Shown here: one piece after another, positions 40,287 to 53,100 of the stretch | Layout: the number at the start of each line of letters is the position of its first letter | Position numbering within the stretch: position 1 is the stretch's first letter | NCBI RefSeq assembly: GCF_001194135.2 | Contig: NC_069002.1 | Span: 34,452,860-34,516,859, forward strand | Direction of reading: 5' to 3' | DNA length: 64,000 nucleotides | DNA from: Octopus bimaculoides | Lineage: Eukaryota | The notes under the pieces: generated by a model | What the model was told of the DNA's origin: nothing | The model's database searches: none | Seen by the model: only the letters and a program-made list of their open reading frames with translations | Translations under genes and position numbers: made by a program

Positions 40287-41931
40287 TTGAGAGCATACAC
40301 GTATGTGGAAACTTCAGCGATTTACACGTTTACGCAGAAGTAGCTACCTCTGGTTATCTAACGAACGAATCCTNNNNNNNNNNNNNNNNNNNNNNNNNNN
40401 NNNNNNNNNNNNNNNNNNNNNNNNNNNNNNNNNNNNNNNNNNNNNNNNNNNNNNNNNNNNNNNNNNNNNNNNNNNNNNNNNNNNNNNNNNNNNNNNNNNN
40501 NNNNNNNNNNNNNNNNNNNNNNNNNNNNNNNNNNNNNNNNNNNNNNNNNNNNNNNNNNNNNNNNNNNNNNNNNNNNNNNNNNNNNNNNNNNNNNNNNNNN
40601 NNNNNNNNNNNNNNNNNNNNNNNNNNNNNNNNNNNNNNNNNNNNNNNNNNNNNNNNNNNNNNNNNNNNNNNNNNNNNNNNNNNNNNNNNNNNNNNNNNNN
40701 NNNNNNNNNNNNNNNNNNNNNNNNNNNNNNNNNNNNNNNNNNNNNNNNNNNNNNNNNNNNNNNNNNNNNNNNNNNNNNNNNNNNNNNNNNNNNNNNNNNT
40801 AGTCACTGAAACGTGTAGAATTATTAGATAAACAGAAAATCATATGTGTTCGGTATGACCTAACCACAGATATTTTGTTTTGTCAATATAACATGCCAGA
40901 ACAGTTTTTTTTTAAATATAATGATACATTCATTAGAACAAATACATTAAGGAGATTTGAAAGCTTCTACAGTATATTGTATTTGTGTTATATTTCATAC
41001 TGCGAAAATTTCTGTTGAGCCATGTATTAAATTCGAAATTCGTTTAAAAAGAATCTGTTACATAACTATACATTTAATTGTGTTAACAATAAACCGGCTT
41101 CACATATTGTTGGGGAGAAATGCTAAAAGCAGTCTTAAATTTGCTTTATTATTATTATCTCTTCTGAACAATTTTTGTGTTTGTTATGTTCTATTTGTTT
41201 ATAGACACATTATTACAAGAAGTTTCTAAATTCCAAAGTTATAAGCAGTGTTCGTAATAATGCTTTGGGATCATGGGTGACGATCAAGTTCACTTCACCT
41301 CCCTTGATCTTGTTTGGACTGTTTATTATCGTTCATTTCAAAAGCAAAGCTTTATAAATATTGGACACACTTTTGTTTTGTTGTCCATTTATCCAATATC
41401 TGTCGGCTTTACACATGTAAAACTTACACACTATAACACGTACACACACACGCATGAACACATACATATGCACGCACACATACGTTTGTATGTATATTAA
41501 ACACACCTTTCGTGATCTATAAGCTAAATAATGCGTTAGGTACAAGAGTCGATATATTTCATTATTCTCCTTTCCATAATTCCAAGCTTTACGCTTATAA
41601 GATCAAATCTCTTCTTCAAACTAGATAAGTATTTATTTAATGATATCCTTTTCTTCTAGTTTTGAGAGAAGAGTCGTAGCTTTAAAAGGAAATGAGACTT
41701 AATACTTAGACCCAAAAACTTCTTTTGAGATTACTTTGGAATACAATAGCACTGAACTCCGGAACCATAACCCACGTTATTGAAAGCAAGAATTTTTAGC
41801 ACACAGACGCATACACACACACTTTTCATATGAACCGATGTCCATATATGGACTGTTCATCCGCCTTACATTTTCGGCGGTAATTAAACCACTGTTATTC
41901 AATCTAGTTTTGTAATAATCCTTTATAATTG

Positions 41932-42132
41932 AGACACACAAGGCTTGAAAGTTTTTAGCGGGCAGTGGTTAGTTGATTACATCGACACCCAACACTACAC
42001 TGGTACTTATTTAATCGACCCCAAAAGAAAAAAAAAATTACTTCTGTGTTATTTGAACAAAGAACGTAAAACCGGATGAGAAGACCCTAAGCATTTTGTC
42101 CGGATCAGTGATGATTTTCTAGCTTACGGCCT
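41932..42132 (-). mobile_element. SINE family B copy (old-type tail)
   Basis: GATTACATCGAC..TGGTACTTATTTAATCGACCCCAAAAG..ATTTGAAC..AGAACGTAAA..CTAAGCATTTTGTCCGG. Confidence 0.75.
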
Positions 42133-43181
42133 TTATTAGATCTAATATTATGCGGCTAAACGCAAAAATGTAGACCTTTCTATTGTTTCAAGCTCTATTT
42201 TTTCCATACAATATTTCGCCTTGTTTTACCGTGTTATATATTTTATTTTATTTATTTGACATTTATTTTTATATTGTTGCATAACTATAAACTTAATTAT
42301 TTTAACCATAAACCTAATATCTTTTTTCACACTTAGCTTTTTGTTTGCATTTACAACTTACGTAATCGAAAATATACTATAAACATTTTAACTCATGTAA
42401 ATGTTAGCGTATTAACTTGATAAAATCTGACTTCATCAAATTAACGCGTGATGGGCGTGTGCAGGAATATCTACATATATGCCCTTAAGAAGATCCATGT
42501 ATCGATGCATATGAATAATAATATATGCTTTGGTCAATTAAGCACTAATTGTTGATCTACTACATGTTCAATAACTATAACCACAATAAGGTTCTGAGAT
42601 TCGACTATGACATTGTGTTGGTTGCATTCATATCTGAGGTTCAAAATGATTTTAAGTGATATTTGAAATTTTTGGAGGAATTTTTTAAAAAATAATCCAT
42701 CAACCAAGGAAGAGAGAAAATAATCAAATATCAATTTGGGGTGCAAAAAAAAAAATCACCGAAACAAATGATGCATCTACTATATGCATACGCGAATACG
42801 TATTCAACGTGCATGCATATATATTACATATACGTTAATACAGCAACATACATCGACGCCGCAGACACCCATACCTGAACGTACAGAGATGAATTTATTT
42901 GATAAAGGAAACACAAAATTGTCAATATATATATATATACTTTTTGATCTGATTAGATTTCTTCTTCTGAATGAAATAATCTGTCCGCGTGTCTCTGTGT
43001 CTGCTTATTTGTTGCTACTCTTCTTTCCCTCTTTCTCCCCCCTCTCTCTCTGTATATATCTATATATATATATCTATATATGCATATACTTTACTCTCTA
43101 TGTAGCTATCTGTCTATCTATCTATCCATGTATCTATCTGTCTATTTTTCTATCTGTCTACTTCTACTCCATCTCTCTCAG

Positions 43182-43215
<34 letters not shown>

Positions 43216-43742
43216 CACTCACAAGCGTATAATAGACACAAGCATGTATAGCTGTGTTCAATCATATATTCATGTATGCTTGCTTGTGGAAACACCGATA
43301 CACAAATAGAATAGGAGAAACGAGTGTGTCTGTGATGGTATGAATAACTTTGTACGTAGAAGATTATATATAAGTGTATATATGTATGCATATACATATA
43401 TATATATGTGTGTGTACGTATGTATGCATGTGTGTGTATATGTATGTATGTATATATATATATACATACATTCACACACACACACTAGCCACACAGCACA
43501 TACACACAGACATATACATTCGATTGTGTGTCTACATGTATTCTCAAAAGATCGTTTCAGTGTGCTTTGAAGTGGTCTTAACTTTTTTTAAATAAATCTT
43601 TTTTTTTTCATCTGAAAATCTTGTGTCAGTATATATGTATAGTGTGTGCGTATGTACACACACACACACATATATATATATGCTGAGATAGATATGTAGA
43701 TAGGTATATATATGCACTGAGAGAAGGAAAGTAGGGTGATGA

Positions 43743-43779
<37 letters not shown>

Positions 43780-44091
43780 AATACAGGCATTGTTTATATA
43801 TATATATATACACACATCCTGATAGTGTAGATATGTATTTGTGTGTGTGTGTGCGTGCGTGTGCGCGCGCAAACATAGTCATCGTATCGCAATTCTCCTT
43901 TGCTCCATTTTATGTTTTTATCTTAAACTGTTTTTTCTTCAACAAAATCGAAAACTGATATTAAATAATATAACTGGGGAAATGTATAAAAAAAAAACCT
44001 TTCCAATATGAAATAACAGTAATATTTCTCGTGCTGAATTTCTTTATTGTGTTACTATTTTTACATATTACGTTTAGATGTATTTAATATG

Positions 44092-44168
<77 letters not shown>

Positions 44169-44785
44169 CCTGAAAATAGCGGCCACATTTATACACAATG
44201 TATATGTGTGAGTGTAGATGTTTGTGTGTATGTACGTATGAATCTATATGCATGCATGTATAGACATATTTGATTTTTGTATTCAGTCATCACCCATGTG
44301 AATAAATGTGTGTATACATAGGTGTGTAGAGGTGTGTATATATACAGATATGTGTTTGTTTTCATATCTGTTTTCTATTTTTATAGTCGCTACATACAAT
44401 GCATATTTGATGTAAATATATATACATATATATATATATATATATCAGTAACTGAGTGTGTAGTCGTTTTAACTTTTCTTAAATGTCTTCCTTTTCATCC
44501 GTGGTATTGAAATTGGGGACGGATTCTAGCGGAGATAGGATGTTGTATGACTAGAATTTATTTAATATGTATAATAAAGGATTTGACATTAAATTCGTTT
44601 GAAATAACTTGTCACCGTACTCGTAACAGATTTAATTTTCGAATAATGTGTGATAGTTTTACACTTCCCATTCTAGACTCCACGTTTCAAGCTTTTGAAC
44701 TTGATAGTGAACATGCTTGAAATAATAACGCGCTAATTGATAATTATAAGGAAGAATGTAAGACAATATTTTGGGCAGCGTGCCA

Positions 44786-45590
44786 GGCAGTGAGCTGGTA
44801 GAATCGTTAGGACGCTGGGCAATAATCTTAACCGTATTTCATGCGTCTTTATGTTCTCAGTTCACATGCCTTCGAGGTCGACTTTACCTATCATCCTTTC
44901 AGGGTCGACAAATTGTGAATCAGTTGAACACAGGGGTCGATGTAATCGACTTACTCTCTCCACAAAATTGCAGAGCAGTAGAATGTATAGGACGCCGGGA
45001 AAAATACTTCGCGGCATGTTGTCCGTCTTTAGGTTATGTCTTGAAATGCCGCTGAAGTCGACTTTGCCGTTTATAATTTTGGGGTCGATTAAATGAGTAC
45101 AAGGTGAACAGTGAGATCGATGGAAATGAACAACACCGCTACCCAAAATTTGAAAAAAAATTTTTATTCGGCAAAAGACAGTGAGCTGGCAGAATCACTA
45201 CTGCGCTAGCCAAAACGTTTAGCATTGTGTTCATCGTTCAAGTTGCACCGTGGTCGACTTTGCATTCCTTCCTTCTGGGGCGATAAAAGTGCGTGCCACG
45301 TACTAGGGTCGATGTAAACGAAATGTCCTCTGCTCCAAAATTTGTGGCCTTGTGCCAAAAGGTTTAACAAATATTTTAGACGGAACGGTTACCACGCCGG
45401 GCAGAATTTTTAACAACATATTCTCCATCATTAAGTTGAGTTCAAATACCGTTGAGGTCGATTTTGAATTTCATGTTTTCATACGTCGAAAAGATATGCA
45501 CCAGCTGAATACTGGGGATCGATATAATCTACATATGCCCACCTCATTAAAAAAAGAATTACTGGCGTTGTTCAAAAATTTAGTATCAAT
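44786..45590 (+). mobile_element. Four diverged SINE family B monomers in head-to-tail tandem
   Basis: GTCGA(C/T)TTT anchor at 44877, 45057, 45253 and 45457, each followed by a GGGGTCGA-type and a GTCGAT(G)TAATC-type motif. Confidence 0.85.
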
Positions 45591-45789
45591 ACTTTAATTA
45601 GAAAGATTTTATGTGATTAATTATGCAATGCTTGTATTTATGATGTACATATAACCACATAGACACAGCACATTGTAGTAGGTAACTACTTGCATAGGTG
45701 TATATGTACATGCTTATCCATACACAAACAAACATAAGCCCGAAGACTACTTCCATGAAGTTTCTAAATCTAGAGGGCAGACACAAGAA

Positions 45790-46135
45790 ACACTGCTGAT
45801 AAGTTCCAAAGGAAAATATTTATTAATGCTATACCAAAATTGGAATTATCTCGTTGACTGAAGAAAGTTCTGTTTGACTCTAAACTTAGAATTACGTAGC
45901 AGAAATACGAGGGAAAACCCTGGAGGATATGATCAAAAGGAAATAACAGTGTATTGGGCCGCATGCAATAATATGAACTACATTCAGTGTAATTCGAACA
46001 TGCTATCAACTGCGAAAAAAAAATTTAAGTATCTCGTCCAGAATAATTATAACATCCCAGCATATTGAGAGGAAAATCCCAGACCTGTTGGAGTGAATGG
46101 GGAAAGTCTGGGAAGAAAATGGTGATCAGAAACTT
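45790..46135 (+). mobile_element. Possible decayed RTE-clade LINE 3' coding fragment
   Basis: Peptides DKFQRKIF, EIRGKTLEDMIKRK*QCIGPHA and PRPVG..RKW loosely resemble the RTE C-terminus (FQRxCLR..WxGHV..RPxGRP..W). Confidence 0.3.
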
Positions 46136-46350
46136 ACGCCCGACACACTATTAGAATTTTAAGGATAAGCATATCTACACTGTCACAATATCAAAAGATG
46201 TATATAAGTCTACGCTGAAAGCGAAAAGTAGTCATTCGCTAATAAAGAGATATAGCTAACATGCGGTGACCCCCAAAACAAAACACCGGCACACACAAAG
46301 AACATCTGTGTAAAAAAACCTAGATGCGAACATCTATGCATCTCTATGTG

Positions 46351-46413
<63 letters not shown>

Positions 46414-46962
46414 TTGTGTACAGCTGATGCAACATGCATGTTCATATTTGCATTAAATTGCTCAATAGACATTGTGTCAATCAGATACTCCGGCGTATAA
46501 TCGGACAATCCTCTAATAGCGCCTTCTCCAAACAAGACAAAAAAGTATAAGACTATACTTTACTTAATATATATTTGTGTGTGTATCTGTGTGTGTGTGT
46601 GGATATATGCTGTGCATACCCGTTTTTTAAATATAGTACGTTGGTAAATAAATCTATTGTAGTTCGAAGATACCATTATACTGTCTGCCTGATGTTATGT
46701 ATTTAACAGAATTTTTATTTATTCGTTTGTTGTAGACTGTATAATCAGTGGATAACATAATCTGTTTATATGGTTTCTCGTTGTATGAATGGCGTTCTTG
46801 TTAATGGCACAGAGTACAAATGCTTTCAGACAATGTAAAACTTTATCTCTATTCACAGTTTTTATTTGTAAACCATGTCCAAAAGACCGCAATTGAACGG
46901 CAGGAAAAACACTTAAATAGCTCCTCATTTGATATTTACGTGTGGATATATCAAAATTAAAT

Positions 46963-47341
46963 GTTGGCACTCCGTCGCGTACGACGTCGAGGGTTCCAGT
47001 TGATCCAATCAACGGAGCAGCCTGCTCGTGAAATTAACGTGCAAGTGGCTCAGCACTCCACAGACACGTGTACCCTTAACGTAGTTCTCGGGGATATTCA
47101 GAGTGACACAGTGTGACAAGGCTGACCCTTTGAATTACAGGCACAACAGAAACAGGAAGAAAGAGTGAGAGAAAGTTGTGGTGGAAGAGAACAGCAGGGT
47201 TCGCCACCATCCCCTGCCGGAGCCTCGTGGAACTTTAGATGTTTTCGCTAGATAAACACTCACAACGCCCGGTTTGGGAATCGAAACCGCGATCCTATGA
47301 ACGCGAGTCCCCTACCCTAACGACTGGGCCATTGCGTTTCC
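46963..47341 (-). mobile_element. SINE family A, full length (~380 bp), tRNA-derived head, 15-bp TSD
   Basis: A box TGGCCCAGTCGTTAG and B box GGTTTCGATTCCC on the minus strand. TSD ATATCAAAATTAAAT (46948-46962) / ACATCAAAATAAAAT (47342-47356), 13/15 identical. Confidence 0.93.
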
Positions 47342-47908
47342 ACATCAAAATAAAATAAAGAGCACTTTAAAACATTCTCTTCATATGTTCTGCTCCTTAT
47401 CGCATATAAAAGAAACAATATGCATACATACTTAAACACATATACATACACACACACACGCACGCACATACATATATCATTGCGTCTGTGGAGAGTCATT
47501 CCGTTTTAGTGCCTTATTATTTAACACACACACCGGTTCGATTTCCACTCATTTACGTAGTTATTTTTTCTTAAGATTTCGTTGCGTCTTGCAACCTCTT
47601 CAATAGTCGTTGACTATGTCCGTTATCAGACTTGCGCTCTTTTTACTTGTCTGTTTGTGCACATGTGTGCGTCAGTGTGTATGTGTATACACATATTTAT
47701 GTATGTATGTGTGTTTATGCATGTGTGTGTATGCATATATGTACATTTATATGCATTTATGTATGCATTCTGCATATTCATGTGTCTGTGTCTTCGTTTG
47801 TTTGTGTGTGTGTGTGTGTATACCTGTCTCCTTATTTGTGCATGTTTGCATGTGTCTGTGTGACTATGTACATGTGTCTGTTATATATGGATGTGTGTCT
47901 CCGTATGT

Positions 47909-47976
47909 GTCTTTATGTGTGTGTACATTGTCATGTATTTCAGTCTTTATGTGTGTGTACATTGTCATGTATTTCA
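47909..47976. repeat. Perfect 34-bp tandem duplication within a TG-rich low-complexity tract
   Basis: GTCTTTATGTGTGTGTACATTGTCATGTATTTCA x2. Confidence 0.9.
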
Positions 47977-48775
47977 GTCTTCATTTGTGTATATATGTGT
48001 GTACGTGTGTGAGCTTGTCTGTTCGTATTACCTATGTTCCTATCTATCCGTTTATCTATCTTTATACTTGCACATCTATTTACCTACNNNNNNNNNNAAA
48101 ATTATTAGTTACTGAATAAAAGCATTACATTTGGGTCAACGACTCAACATACAACAGTCCCCTCAATAAACGGTCATATATAAGAAATACATCAAAGTCC
48201 ACAAATACATAAGAAAATATATATAAATAAATAAAATACAACATAAAACGCACAATATAGAAATTTATATATATATTTTTTTCTACTAATAACATACAAA
48301 TAAATCAAATTATACATTTTTTTATAATTTCAATTCGAATAAAATAAAGCGACTAAAAATTCAAAATAGACAAATAAAGCAAAATAGAAGAAGATAAAAT
48401 GAAGTAAAATAAAATACAATAATAGTCCATCGGCTAAAATACTATATCTGATGACACATCTTTAAAATGACAAAAATATTTTAACATCATTTAAAGTAAT
48501 ATTGGAAAGTCCTGTACTTACCTCAAGGTACACGTATTAACAGCAGACTTCTATAGGTAAAATCCGTTTCTGCCCACCAAACATACAAAAGTTCATAAAA
48601 ACCACTGTTCAAAAACATAGGTCAAAAGACACACAAGCAACAATGGCCATTTCAAGGGTTCACCACCGTAGTCCATGCACGTCATAGTGCAATCCGGTGA
48701 TGACCCCCTCCTCGGGGTAACAATTACAAACATACATCAGGACATGCAAAAAAATTTTTTTTTTCATATGACAGG

Positions 48776-48840
48776 CTTATATAGTCAAGAGGGGAAAACG
48801 AGTCCACGTCATGAAAAAAAAACAAAAAGATTCAAATTGG
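48776..48840 (-). promoter_or_regulatory. Candidate Pol II promoter: CCAAT, CRE-like TGACGT and TATA
   Basis: On the minus strand: CCAAT 48840-48836, TGACGT 48811-48806, TATATAAG 48783-48776; strong donor GAG|GTAAGT at 48522/48521 downstream. Motifs only. Confidence 0.25.
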
Positions 48841-49119
48841 CTGTAGTAACTAATGTAATCCTCCAGGTTTCAAATCACCCTGGCGCAGACAAATAATGTT
48901 ATTTAAATTTATATTTTAAATTTTTTTTCTCTATATACCTTCAAGAAAATGGAGGAAAAACCTATGATTGCAGAAGGGGATCACTTCAGTGAATTTAGTT
49001 AAAGTTTTCGGCCCAAACAACCCAAGTATAGTGAAGGATTCCCTAATACACAATAGACATTTGCTAATATTTGCTCTAAAATAAGGGGCTCTCGATACAA
49101 AAACCATTCAAGAGAGTAT

Positions 49120-49260
49120 TTCTTATTTTTCTTCTTAAGGTCGTGTACATAGGATGAGGCAAAGTCGACCGCGGCGGAATCTGAACTCAGAACGTAACGG
49201 CAGACGAAATACGGCTAAGTATTTCACCCGGCGTGCTAACGTTTCTGGCAGCTCACCGCC
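49120..49260 (-). mobile_element. SINE family B, well-preserved head with truncated body; another partial copy at 49330-49398 runs into a gap
   Basis: GGCAAAGTCGACCGCGGCGGAATCTGAACTCAGAACGTAACGGCAGACGAAATACGGCTAAG..GCTCACCGCC. Confidence 0.85.
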
Positions 49261-49763
49261 TTAAACCTTTCTAATATTGGCACAGCACTTGACATTTTGG
49301 ATAACAGACAATGTCGAATACATAGCCCCGCTCACCAGTGCTCGTCTGCTTTTATTTTATTTTATCAGCTTTGATGAGATAAAATGCAAAGTCGACCTNN
49401 NNNNNNNNNNNNNNNNNNNNNNNNNNNNNNNNNNNNNNNNNNNNNNNNNNNNNNNNNNNNNNNNNNNNNNNNNNNNNNNNNNNNNNNNNNNNNNNNNNNN
49501 NNNNNNNNNNNNNNNNNNNNNNNNNNNNNNNNNNNNNNNNNNNNNNNNNNNNNNNNNNNNNNNNNNNNNNNNNNNNNNNNNNNNNNNNNNNNNNNNNNNN
49601 NNNNNNNNNNNNNNNNNNNNNNNNNNNNNNNNNNNNNNNNNNNNNNNNNNNNNNNNNNNNNNNNNNNNNNNNNNNNNNNNNNNNNNNNNNNNNNNNNNNN
49701 NNNNNNNNNNNNNNNNNNNNNNNNNNNNNNNNNNNNNNNNNNNNNNNNNNNNNNNNNNNNNNN

Positions 49764-49885
49764 TGCTGGTGCTGATGATGATGTTGGCGGTGGTGGTGGT
49801 GGTGATGGTGGTGATGGTGGTGGTGGTGATGATGGTGGTAATGGTGGTGGTGGTGGTGGCGGTGGTGATGAATGTGTTGATGTTG
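49764..49885. repeat. (GGT)n/(GAT)n trinucleotide microsatellite
   Basis: Direct inspection. Confidence 0.95.
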
Positions 49886-49982
49886 TTTAAAAAAATATTT
49901 AGGTGTACCACCACTACCACCTCTAAGAAGGCATGCTGCATCATCAGCAAAACCATACGAGTATCTAATGGAATCAACTGAC

Positions 49983-50165
49983 CACTTGCATCACAGGATG
50001 TCTGCTTAGAATAATAGAAAAGAACATATATTTAGCAATAGACAATTTGACTTCACAGTCATAATTAACGGTACTGCTGTGTGTGAGGAGTAGTCTATCG
50101 GTAACGTAAGAGTATGTCGAATGCTTGTCGGATAATTGTTGCTTGCGGTCAAATGACATCACCTC
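49983..50165 (-). CDS. Candidate symmetric coding exon (183 nt, phase 0 to 0) of an unidentified gene
   Basis: Acceptor CTGTCTTCCTTTCAATACAG|G, donor GTG|GTCAGT, 61 open codons EVMSFDRKQQLSDKHSTYSYVTDRLLLTHSSTVNYDCEVKLSIAKYMFFSIILSRHPVMQV. The other two frames stop at once. Confidence 0.2.
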
Positions 50166-53100
50166 CTGTATTGAAAGGAAGACAGCAGTAGGTGGAAGTT
50201 AAAGTAATCGTAAAAAGAGGTTGTTCAAATGAAGGATAGTTAAGACGAAAAGGGGAAAATTATAGCTAGAGAATATACACAGATCTTCACACATTTCATG
50301 ATCAGTGGGCCCTCAATATTGCAGCAATCCTACCGGGCGATAACGGTCGGGGCGCTATATAAACTTTCCAGCATATGAAACAATTTCAGAGGTCACTTGT
50401 TTTGGTGTTAAACCAAATGTAAAATGTGAAATATTCGGAACATGTTTATGGTCGATATACATAGACCAGAAGAAACAAAAACTACGCTCAAGTATCTATT
50501 GATGTAATTTGAAGCAACATGTTAACTTAACTAGTTAGACCTTACAAGATGGATGAGCTGTTTAACTGCCTTGAACAGCAAGAGGTTAGCAATAAATTTT
50601 GTAACTAATGTTTGATTAACTAAGTAGTTCTAGATTGATAAAAAATATAAGTCATCTTACATTAGGAAACTTCTGTCGAATAACTAAATTACAGAGACAG
50701 AGTTATATTTTTTCTGGCTGTCGCTAGCACACAAATTTGAGCCTGAATATAATAGATATAATCGAAGGATAACATCATGATCAACATTATCAATAACAGA
50801 AAGGCTGCCGGGGCAGCTACACTTGGTCGTGTAACTTATTATAAATAACAGCCAAATTCCTTCAAATTACAATCTACAGAATGAAAAAGATGTCTGTCCG
50901 TGTCAAACAAGCACACAAGGTGGACATGGCTGAAATAGTTTTAATTATATATCAGCCGCAGCACTATGATTGGTAGATCAGCCTGCAGCAGAAACAAGAA
51001 CAAAAACTACTGAGGCGAACACCAACGATAATATCAACAACATTGACATCTTGAAAAGTAACGACATCATGAAGGAGAGCAAACTCGTAAACAACAAAAA
51101 TAACAACAGCAATAATAACTACAAGACTTTAAAGAGAAACGATACATAGAACAATATTTAAAGAAATATTTATGGAAAATGTTACTTTGTTTTCGGCAAA
51201 AATAACAGACGATGTGCGAAACCCTATCCAAGCAGAATTGATGAGAAAAAAAAAGAAGGAAAACCAACATAAACCCATCGAGTTGACAATGATTGAAGAC
51301 ATTACAAGACTTTATTTACAATGTAGCAAACCAGCTTTCTCTCAAATATATTTCTTGTTTATATTCCATTTTCGTGACCATCAAAGCAATATCTTGGGAA
51401 TATAAAGAAAATAAATAGTTTTACACATATCTGCAAATACTAAAATAGATTTTTAAAAAAATGAAGTAGAATAGAAATGTAACGAAAATAAAAGGAAATA
51501 TCTGCAAACTAGGAGAAACGGAAACATGGATATGAAGGAAAATAGGAAACAATAAAATTGCCAATCTACAACAGATTATTGGATATGTTTGGATAGTTAA
51601 AGCGTAAGAAGATAAACAGCTTTAGCCATCACACCATGTAAGAACGTGATATAACAATGACAAAAATTTGTGTTCAGAAACAACAAATTGAGATCACTTC
51701 ACTACAAGTTATTAACTCTCTGGCAATATATTAAAATGTACATCAAAAACTCTCCAGGAAAATAATACGAGAATGAGTAGGATCCAAGGGAACAACTTTA
51801 ACAACTAGGAAATCTGGATATTATTAAAGTAGCTGATTAGAAAAATGGATATGGATATATGAACCATATATAAAATTTATTAGAAAGATCGATATGCATC
51901 AAGCAGAGGAGATTTAAGCACGTAGTCAGGGCTTCATCGAGTGATGAGATTACGGAAGGAAAAGCAGGATCATTGGCGACAGCCGCCTCCAAATAAGGAG
52001 GTACCGTAGACTGAATTGAACAGGCATAATGGGAGAAGGGGCGTGCTAAACTGGGCGACAGATTAATTTGCCGAATAAGGACAACAGGGCATCTCTCATT
52101 AAGTAGGAAGGTGTCTGAATGTAAGCTCAAAAGAATTTCTCTAGACACAATGAACTAATTAGAGTTCGCGTCATCACAATTTATTTCGATATGTCAGCTT
52201 TGACTTGTTCTAATATAGTAGAACCACTAATAGGGAAACAACACACACACGCACACACACTCTCACACGAGCGTCTCAAAACGTACGTTTTAAAACAAGT
52301 ACTTCATTGTAGAGGATTTGAATAAAGAATAGCATGGATTCTATTCTCTGTCCCTAATCCATTTATATAAGCTGAAGTGACACAAACGACTTCTGGACGT
52401 AGAGCATGTAGCATATGCATCGCGTCTGTTGGTGACACCAAATAGCCACAAACAGGACGTGCTTTACACAGCTTCCTACAAGGTTTCTACCAGTATATAA
52501 TTTAACTATTATATATATATATATNNNNNNNNNNACTCACTCTGACTTACTCTAATGTGGATTTTAATGTGCACTATTAAGAGAGTAATCGAAAAAGAAT
52601 GAAATAAAATCAAATCAATCACATACAATTTCTAAAAGGCTTTAAATGAACGTAGACCAAGTAGTTTCATACTTTATTGAGGAGCTCCAATAAGACCGAA
52701 ATAACATCATTTGCAGCTTCTAAGTCTCTCAAAATGAGAAAAAATAATGAAATTATATGGAAATATTATTTCATATTTCTTCTCTCTGATAAGAAAGACC
52801 TTTTGCGATTATAATAAAGCAAACACGAATAAAATATATTATAAAACCTAAGCAGTTCTCTCCCCTTAAACGTAAACTGCAGCACATCCTACTTTTTTCT
52901 GAGTAAACTCTCTCCATTTCTCTCCGTTTCTCAGAAAACTGTTGTAAGCGAAAGCACCAATAGTTGCCACTAGAAATGTCCCATATATAGATATTGTGAA
53001 ATGTATATACATCTCTTTCAAAAGACGTTTATATATTTTATATCTGGGACGAATTTATACATCTTCAGTAATTTTACATTTGTATGTGCCAGGATCAAAT

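Noticed and set aside
42549-42660. Peptide NYNHNKVLRFDYDIVLV resembling a trypsin DYDIAL motif
   Set aside because: Short, flanked by stops, with no usable splice sites or other protease motifs.
47265-47341. tRNA gene
   Set aside because: The A and B boxes belong to a SINE head that continues into a repeat body and is bounded by a TSD; the same holds at 20470-20542.
51837-52148. 103-aa minus-strand ORF
   Set aside because: No recognisable domain and no good donor.
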